From: Oopsacas minuta
Taxonomy: Eukaryota > Animalia > Porifera
Assembly (NCBI GenBank): GCA_024704765.1
Contig: JAKMXF010000365.1
Coordinates: 868,001 to 932,000, forward strand
Direction of reading: 5' to 3'
Length of the DNA stretch: 64,000 nucleotides
Below the pieces are notes generated by a model. The model did no database searches. It was not told where the DNA came from and worked only from the letters and a program-made list of their open reading frames with translations. Positions 28,101 through 37,100 of the stretch are shown here, piece after piece. The position numbers and the translations under genes are program-made. Positions within the stretch are counted from its first letter, which is position 1. Each line of letters starts with the position of its first letter.

Positions 28101-31100
28101 TCTGAATATGGGTAGACATGTGAATATTAAATTTGTTGTATTCAAAAGAATGATCGGGTGCTATAGGACATTTCAAACTAGGTACATGTTGTTTGAAATG
28201 TTTATTAGGTTTTGTATTTGGTAGTTTTTCATTACACAAAGGACACGTGACAGTTGCATTATGCGATTTTCTACACTCGTTGGTATGATTAGAGAATGTA
28301 CCCATGGATACAATTGAGGAACAGAGAGGACATATAACTTTAGTATGCATCTTCATATGTTTAGCAAACTTCTTTTTATTTTTAGAAATAGCTTTGGTAC
28401 AAATAGGACAATGTAATGGGTTTATAGTAGGAGGTGTTGGCTCGGGCTCAGGATCAAGAATATTGTCAGGAACTGAACTGGAGTGTCGAGTAGCTACGTG
28501 ATCATCCAAAACGCAAGGATTCATAAAAACATGACACATCGGACATTCTACTATCTGGTGACTCGTGCCAGAATGCCAAGCTGCCATTTGAAGGTTACGA
28601 AAGATAAATAGCTAATAAATATCAATTTATATTACTTATAGAATTTTCTGAAAAACTTATTGCATATATCAATATAAGTAATATGAGCAGAGTATTGCGG
28701 TTATGTTGTAACTGTTGAGGAGTTAAACAATATGGAAGTAATGAATTATTAATTCAATGAATCTTTGAGTATGTTAGTTTATTCTAAGGACTTTCTACTT
28801 CAGTATCACAGCAGTTAGAGTAAGGGAAGAGAATAACTAGAATGTCCTATATACAATTTACTATACAGGTATAGCGATAAGTAATTAGTTTACAAACCCA
28901 TATACAGATAGAATACAAAAAAGTGTTGTTTGTGATTAAGTAAACCTTTGAACAAAATTCGTAGTTGTTCTAAAAGGTAACGAATCCTCCAAATAGTAGC
29001 AAATACAACTAGTATGAACAGGAAATTGTATAAAAGTTAATAACGAGACAGGTCTAGAAATCAGAGCAAGATGGTATCTCAGAAAGTAATAATTGTGATG
29101 GGATGTGTGTCCATAACAGTACACTTAATGAGTGGGATACTACTGTTATTCACAGCTACAACTGGAATGTCAATTCTAAGTGGTTTAGCAGTGTATAATT
29201 CTATGGATATCGAGGTACCGGGAGAATTTAACTTCCTAGGAGCAGAGGTTGTACTAACAATAATATTTTACACACTGCTAATAATTCTAGCTGTGATGGG
29301 ATCTATATTCGCTATGCTAGATTCTAAATTCCACAGAGCTGCTATAGCCCTGCTGGTTACCTCACAAATACTAATAGTAATTGTAATGGTGTTGAATATT
29401 ATAGCAATTGGAGTATTCAATACGGAGAAATCTAGAGAGACTTTTGATGTACAGAAATACTACGTTCTCAACATCTTAATAGTATTCTATCTTGCTGGGG
29501 TGATGGTTTACGATACTGTCTTTATCGTGATGAAAATGTGTAGCACAAGATCAGATAAAGTCAATAATTAGCACAACAACACCTAACATATTTCCACGCG
29601 AAAAGGTACTATAAATATTATCAACCTGTTAAACTGATCAAATATGTCTTTATCAGTAAAAATATAATGTTATTTTGTATAATTTATACTAAATGTAATA
29701 AAACGCAATAAACATGTATGTCCAGATTTAACTGTATATAGTAACCAGAGTGGACCTACCATGAGCCAATGGGTCATGGTTGGCCATAGGTGACCCATGG
29801 TCCAGGTAAACTTTGATTTATAACTGTGCATTAGTTAAACCAGTCAACTAGTCCCTAGTCACCTCAGCATCGAGGGGCGTAAAATCCTCTTATTAACAGC
29901 TGGAGGCGAGTGTATAACTAGTACAGGGAAAGTCTGGATTCACAAGCAATAAATACTCTAAGACAAGTACTCAAACGGTAGCCCGCGGGCCATTCGCTGT
30001 CGCACACGGATAATTCACTTGTTTTCATTATTCATATATCTATACAGTAAATTGACGTGCTTCAATCGTCAGATAATAATTGTTTTTTCTAAACATCATA
30101 TAGAAATAATTACGGTTACTCTACCAATGCATTAATGTTCCTAGAATGAATAAAGTATTTGGTAACTATAGTTTGCATTTACGAATTCTATCAATTATTA
30201 GAGCTTCACAAGTATAATGTAGGAGGCAGAACCTAAATTGATAGTATAGCTTGAAAATTGATTAAACTAAAGCCAGAGGCAATCTATGATTTGTGGCCCG
30301 TAAGGCGGAGCCTAATTTTTAAAGTGGCCAGTAGATTTAAAAGTTTGAGCACCCCTGCTCTAAAACAACATCGAGTGGGTGTAAAATAGGTAAGTTGACT
30401 GAAATAAGAGGTGCGAGTTAACCAAAATAGTACGAGTTGACTGGCTCCCGTCAAATCAAATGAAAGTAAATCAAAGTGTGTAATAATGAATAAATAATCT
30501 ATTTAATACGTAATTATTTTGAGTAAGTTTATTAAAAAATGAATTTATTAGGCACTTTGCAAGGCCAAGAAGTCCAACATTTCTTCGACGACATTTAGCA
30601 ATGTTAATAAGATAATTTTATTACTTTCTTATGACAGCAACAGGAGAAAGATAAACTAAAAATATCCCATAAATTAATTAAGCATAAAGATATGCGAGAA
30701 GGAAGTATATTGCAACCTCGATATTATAGAAAATAAGGACATGCTAAGGGTGATGTTATTATGATTAAGTATTCTTTGTAGAAATACGTAGTTGTGTATA
30801 AAAGGTATGGATCCTCTAAATAGTGCCAAATATGAACAGTAATTTGTATAAAGGTCACTTAACGAGACTGGAGTATATATAGAGAGCAAGATGGTATCTC
30901 AGAAAATTAATATTCGTCATGAAATGTGTATCCATAAAGCTACACTTAATGAGTAGTATACTGGTGATATTAAAAGCTACGACTGGGTGCAAATCCTGAA
31001 CGTTATAGTTCTAATAAACACTCCTCTTAGTGCTAAAGTACTAGGAGAATTCAACTTCCTAGGAGCAGAGGTCGTACTCACACTAATATTCTACACACTG

Positions 31101-34100
31101 CTAATAATTCTAGCTGTAATGGATCTATATTCGCTATAGATCTACTGATCACCTCACAGATACTGATAGTAATCGTAATCAATTTAAATATTGCCGCAAT
31201 TGGAGTATTCCATACTGGGAAACAACTAGTACTATATTCACAATATCATTATTGTATTATATCTTGCTGGAGTGATGGTTTACGAGATTGTCTTTATCGC
31301 GATGAAAATGTGTAGCAAAAGATCAGATGCAAGTTCAGATACAGTCATAATTAGCATAACAAATGATTTCCCATAGATTACTTTAATATAAATAATAACC
31401 AAGTTACCAACTGATCAAATATGTATTTATCTGTGGGATTGTAATACCTATTATTTATGTAGAGGAATAAAATCAAACTATAAACTATGTCAATCAATAT
31501 TTCAACTAATTGAACACTCTATGAATTGTAAGTTCTATGAGAAAGGTATGCTGGGGACAGAAATTATCGAAGCTTTGCGAATTACTACATCACCATTTAT
31601 CATAGATAATCGTCATCATCAAATAGAGAAGTTAGCTCACAATCTGAGTTTGAGTCTGGAGAGATTGATATCAGAGGATTAGTAGAGAGCTGTTTATCGT
31701 TAGTAGAAATAGTTGGTTTGTTTGCAGGTAGTTTCCTCTTTGATACAGGACCTTGATTGATAGGAGGTTTAAGAGCTAATGCAGGAAATTCACTATCTGA
31801 CAGACTGATAGTATTAGATACTTTAGAAACAGGCTTAGAGGTAGTAATATTCAAAGTTTCCATTGCATGTGACTGTACTGGCATTTGTTTTGGATGTATA
31901 GCTATCTCAACCTTATGAACTGAAGCTGTAGCTGTACTCAACTCTTGGGATACCTTCTTCTGACAAGATACAGCATGTCTAGCAATTGAATCACACTTAA
32001 ACTTCTGTTTACAAGAGGGACAAGATATTTTAAGAGTTGCATGGAAGCTATGAATGTGATTATTGTTCTTATTTGCTAATGAAGTACCGCACAAAGGACA
32101 TGTGTCTTGATTAGGACGTTTTTTCAGACATTTAATGACATGGTCATCAAAATTCGTCTCAGAAATATCCCTTGCATGGCAGAGAGGGCAGGCATGTTTA
32201 ATGTGAACTTTCTCAATGTGTTTCTGTAGAATTCCATCTGTTGAACACACAGTTGTGCAGAATATGCACTTGAATTGTATTACAGTTTTAACAGGGTTGT
32301 CTACTGCTTTTTTCCGTTGTGAATTAGGATTAGCAATAAATGGGTTTGACTGACTGCGTTTATTGTATATTTTAATACAATTCTTTATATGTCCTGCAAA
32401 CGTATCAAATGTGAATGATTTCTCACACCCAGGAATAGAACATGTAAGTTTAGATATATGCTTAATTTTGACATGTCTCGTACTGCCGTCAGGAGATCCA
32501 CAAATGCTACATGGAAACTGATCAAACGTGTAAATAACCATACACTCAATAAGATGGGACCCTAGGTCATGAAGAGGATAATCGTTGGAGCATCTGGGAC
32601 AGCAAAATATTGCATGCAATTTCACATGGCAATCACGTACAAATTGAGGCATTATCTTTCTACAAAGAGGACATTGCCATCTGATTTTCATTGGATCGGT
32701 TACGGGCTGAGCTACAACTGATTTCACCTTAGGGGTTATAGGGTTTAGATTGGGTTGTAATGGCGCTAGAGATTCTGCCATGAAGTGAATTTAACTATAA
32801 ATGAATTAGTGTGTGAAGCAAAGAAATTCTGGTGTACTGATTGTCTTGCAATATCTTGTAATTATGGCAAAAGATTAAATACTATACAGAAAAGCAAATA
32901 ATCATCATGTATGATCCATATTCCATTACATACACAAACTGAATGTATATATTGAAAATGGGTCAATTGCATATATGAATCAATGTGTAGAGAAAATCAA
33001 TAATTATAATTCCAGAAATGAATGAATCTTCTGAATACCCCAAAAAATACAATTCCAAAATCTCAAAATCTCAAAATCTCTGTCTTCACAAACCATGCAA
33101 TTGATAATATAACATCAAGGGAATTAATTAATTCTGAGACCCAATAGATTGTTAATAGAAACTACCTGCATTCCAGCAGGAATATTCCTACACTCAGCGA
33201 TATGATTCTCCAGTAACACATCTCTACACTGATAATTACAGAAGAGACAAGTTACTTGAGATTCATATCTTGTTTGTACAGTATTCGCATAACTGCGATT
33301 TGAAAGAGAAGCAGAACTAATTTGTTTCCGAGCTGCAGGAATATCCTCTTCCGAATAAGAACTCTCCTCAGAAGATTCAATCTCAAGTTGTTGGTACAGC
33401 TGGATAACTTCAGGGTCTAGACTAGGATGGTCTTGGAACAGCTGTGCACTCATTACACTTAGTTTAGCACACTTATTAACATGTTTGCTAAAGTTATTAG
33501 GACCATAACTATCCTGACAGAAAGGACAGGTCAGCTGCCGATGAGTACGATGTATGTGAGTTGAGATTTCTCTCACGCTATGACACTTCGTTTCAGAGCA
33601 ATAAGGACACAGATAAGTAGGCCGTCCTTTAACTTGCTTAGCTCCGTATCTCCCCAAACACTCCTCTAGATGTACTTTGAATGAACTGTGAGCAAGTTGT
33701 TTGCTGCAGATAGGACACTTATGTGTGATATGATTCTCAGTCATATGTCGTCCCATCATTCTAAGAGGACAGTCATCGTTACAAATAGGACAGCTGATCT
33801 TCTGACCCATACTAACATAAGGAAAGGAGACTAGGTCCTCTGGGTATCCTCCCTTCTTACCCCTCTTCTTATTATCTGTAGGCAGGAGAACGTAGTCCGA
33901 GTCTGAGGGGTCAATGAAAGGAGCGAAGAACGGCTTAGACTGATGATGACTGCCAGAATAATTGCCTTTACACCTAGCATTAGTTTCATAGTCATAAATC
34001 AATTCTTCATAATCTGAGCTGTCATCTGTCAGAGATTCAGAATCTGATGGCGTGTCAAAATCATCTTCAAACTCTCTAAACTTTTGGAACACCCCCTGAA

Positions 34101-37100
34101 GCAGAGGAGACTGACTGGCACCAGGAGAACTATTCCTTACACTACATTGATTCAAATGTGAAGTTACTCGCTTTGCTCCTAAAGTCCCTGAACAAATAGG
34201 ACAGCATAGGGTGAGATGAGATACAGTGAGATGCTTAGCTATATTTGTAACAGAATCTTGTTTCTTACATGCGTTGCACTTCATAACACCAGCACTACTA
34301 GGTGTTACATTCTTGGGTATACACTTGTTGAGGAGATGAGTAAACAGACCAGACTTATTAAATCTACTCTTACAGAAAGGACATAGAATCTTAAAATGAG
34401 ATTTAACATGACTTCTCAGCTTCTTATCATGCATGTACGTGTGGCAAATAGGACAGCTGTGGTTAGACTGGATATCAGTCTGAAATAAATCAGAGTATTT
34501 GTAGGATTTATTGACAGCTGATGAGTAGCTAGTTAGGTAGGGATCTGGCGGATCACGTAGTTGTTGGTATTGTTTGGTTCGCTCCTTATCATGATGCTTC
34601 TTCCTCAAATGCTGCTCAATATATTGGAATCTATATCGACAGAATGGACATGGAACTGTCAACTTGGGACAAGCATGTAAGAGATGGGTTTCCATAGAGC
34701 TAATAGATATAGATGCGAGACAATGTGGACACGTTCCGGGTGATATCTGCTGACCAGGTTTTGGCCTCGCAGGACAGAATTGATTGAGATGTCTTGTCAA
34801 GCTGGCAGGTTTGACATATGCATTGCATAAATGACATCTCACATTTTTAGGAGGAGAACTGGTTGCTGGTAAGTTTGTGGCCATAATAAATGAATCTCAA
34901 ATATTCTAGTACAATTCAGTTACTCCATAATCTTCATAAAGATATTAGTTATTATGGGAAGCGTAGAAGACACTTTAATAATATTCAGTGTCATGTTACA
35001 AATGTGATGACTAAGTCAGTCAGTAGATGATATTCGTAGTAAATAATAAAATCGTACTTGTAAGTATAAATATAGCAAAAGATATATCAAGATTGCAAAC
35101 TAAAATATAATAATAGGGCATAAAGAAATATGTAAAGACAAACCTAATATCTTTAGACATCCTTCTTGTATTGGCTTGCAAGGAAGATCGAATGAATGAG
35201 AATCACAAAATGGAGGAAGGTAGACACCGGTTTTAGACAACTCACATTCTGGACCGGTTGTTATCAATCTCTGTAGAAAGAAGAATATTAGTCACAAAGT
35301 TTATAAATCGTTAATATTACCAAATAAAGACCGACGTATCATTCAAAGCACCTGGTTACAAAATTATTTAATATATTTATCAAATGTTATAGCTACAGCA
35401 AGTAAGGGAGGATTTCAATAACTACAATGCACTACAAAAGTCACAATTTGGCACGATCAATTCAAACATACTGCTGGTACATAAGTATGTTAAATACATC
35501 TATTGCTTAGGCTAAATTATATTTATTCATATGTAGGTTATAAAAACATCATATACAATTCCCGATGATGTTCATATGCCTGACATCCACAGTCGGGGAT
35601 TATCTACGTGTTTGGCGGGTACCTAAAAGTGCCAGTTTAGCAGCAATGAAAGACACAAAGTGGTGACCATGAGACCCAAGTTTGTACAGGATCAATTGGA
35701 TACAGGCGAAAAAACTGCCATCCAAGGGAGAGTTCATACAAGAAAATCTGCCACCAGTTCCGGTCAGACATTCCTTAAACCCCTGCATTAACTGTGTTAA
35801 CAAATACGTAAGCAATTAAACATACTCACTCACCATGTTAGCAATATTAAGGTCGATTGGTAGAAAGTTAGAAACTGTAACATTTGTAGGACACGTGTGA
35901 TGCTGAATCCAGAATACTACAAACATAGGGAATAGGAAAATAATAATACTACTATATCAAGGTCATCAACAAACTTAAATAATCGGCACAGGGAATTTCT
36001 ACATAGATTGATTCTCGGAGGCTCATCAATCACATGGCCACGACAAACTTGTCCTCTGTCTACACTACTTACGACCCTACCAATAATAAGCATCTAGTAT
36101 ATGTACTCAATACTAACCGTGTGTAGAAGAAGAGTTTTTAGAAGATATCTTATCTGCAGCACTCTTCACTTCTAGATTAAACTTAGGGAGAAGGTGAGGG
36201 AGTAAAGGGCTCGGTCTGAAACAGCTAAAAATAACATAAAGAAAGAATATCATAGCCTATGATAATACGAATGTATTAATCCAACAATCTTGTTTATTAA
36301 TATTTGATGAATATCATCGCAGGGAGTGAAATGACTTTTCTACATTTCAAACAATCCAAGAATAAAACTGAAAAATCAATCGCTCACTTCTCATAACATT
36401 AGTAATTCGCACAATTAGGAGATCATAGTGTTGGCAAAAGGCAGATAAACATCAGTTTTAGACAAAATGTGTTGTTACACACTCTTAATCATACTATTGT
36501 CCCAAACAATGTAATCATGCTCCTAAAGCAGCATCCAGTACTCCTAAATAATACCCTCACTATTCCACTATAATTACTAACCATACTCTTGGAATTAAAG
36601 AGAGTTGATATTTGTAAGAATGCTGCAGGTTTTCTTTCTTAATAATTTCTATCCTCTTCTTATAGCGATTAAATAAGTTCTTAACCTGATCAGTGTGCAT
36701 GTAAGGACTGTAAGTATTCAGAAGCATGTGTAGATATCTAAATAATTAATACAGTAATTAATAATATTAAGTAATATACAGTGGTAGTGTCAGTCACAAA
36801 CGGGCCTATGGTAACGGGGAACTTCTGGAAACAGAGTGGAAAATAAATAGAGCGAATTAATATATATAACATTAACTTTTAAGAACAACGCAAATAATTA
36901 TTACCTCACCGAAATGTGAGAGATTCCTTCTTAGTTCTTCTACAAATATTAAACATGAGATATAAGATCTGGGACTGGAGGAGTGGCCAGCCTCTTTCCT
37001 TATTAGCTAGATACAAAAGGTTAATATTTAAAATATGATAAGCGAAGTCAATTGAGTTAGTAGGTAATAATTACATAAAGGAGTTCTCTAACCAGCAACC

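Larger units (their letters stand above)
16066..35143 (-). other. ~19-kb TRAPPC9 intron hosting a nested gene cluster
   Basis: Donor ATATTAG|GTTTGT at 35143 (phase 1) and acceptor TTATTTACAG|GTTAC at 16066 (phase 1) give LKIL-G-YSYELF, matching human TITVN-G-YHTTVF with no missing residues. Confidence 0.8.

Noticed and set aside
35558-35625. Plus-strand frames spelling GDYLRVWRV (DCAF7-like WD40) and GIIYVFGGY (kelch-like)
   Set aside because: Two different family-like peptides arise from the same ~30 nt in different frames and neither extends, so chance resemblance is likely.
35600-35815. 71-aa ORF as a TRAPPC9 exon
   Set aside because: No similarity to TRAPPC9. The exon at 35144-35270 supplies the expected sequence in the correct phase.
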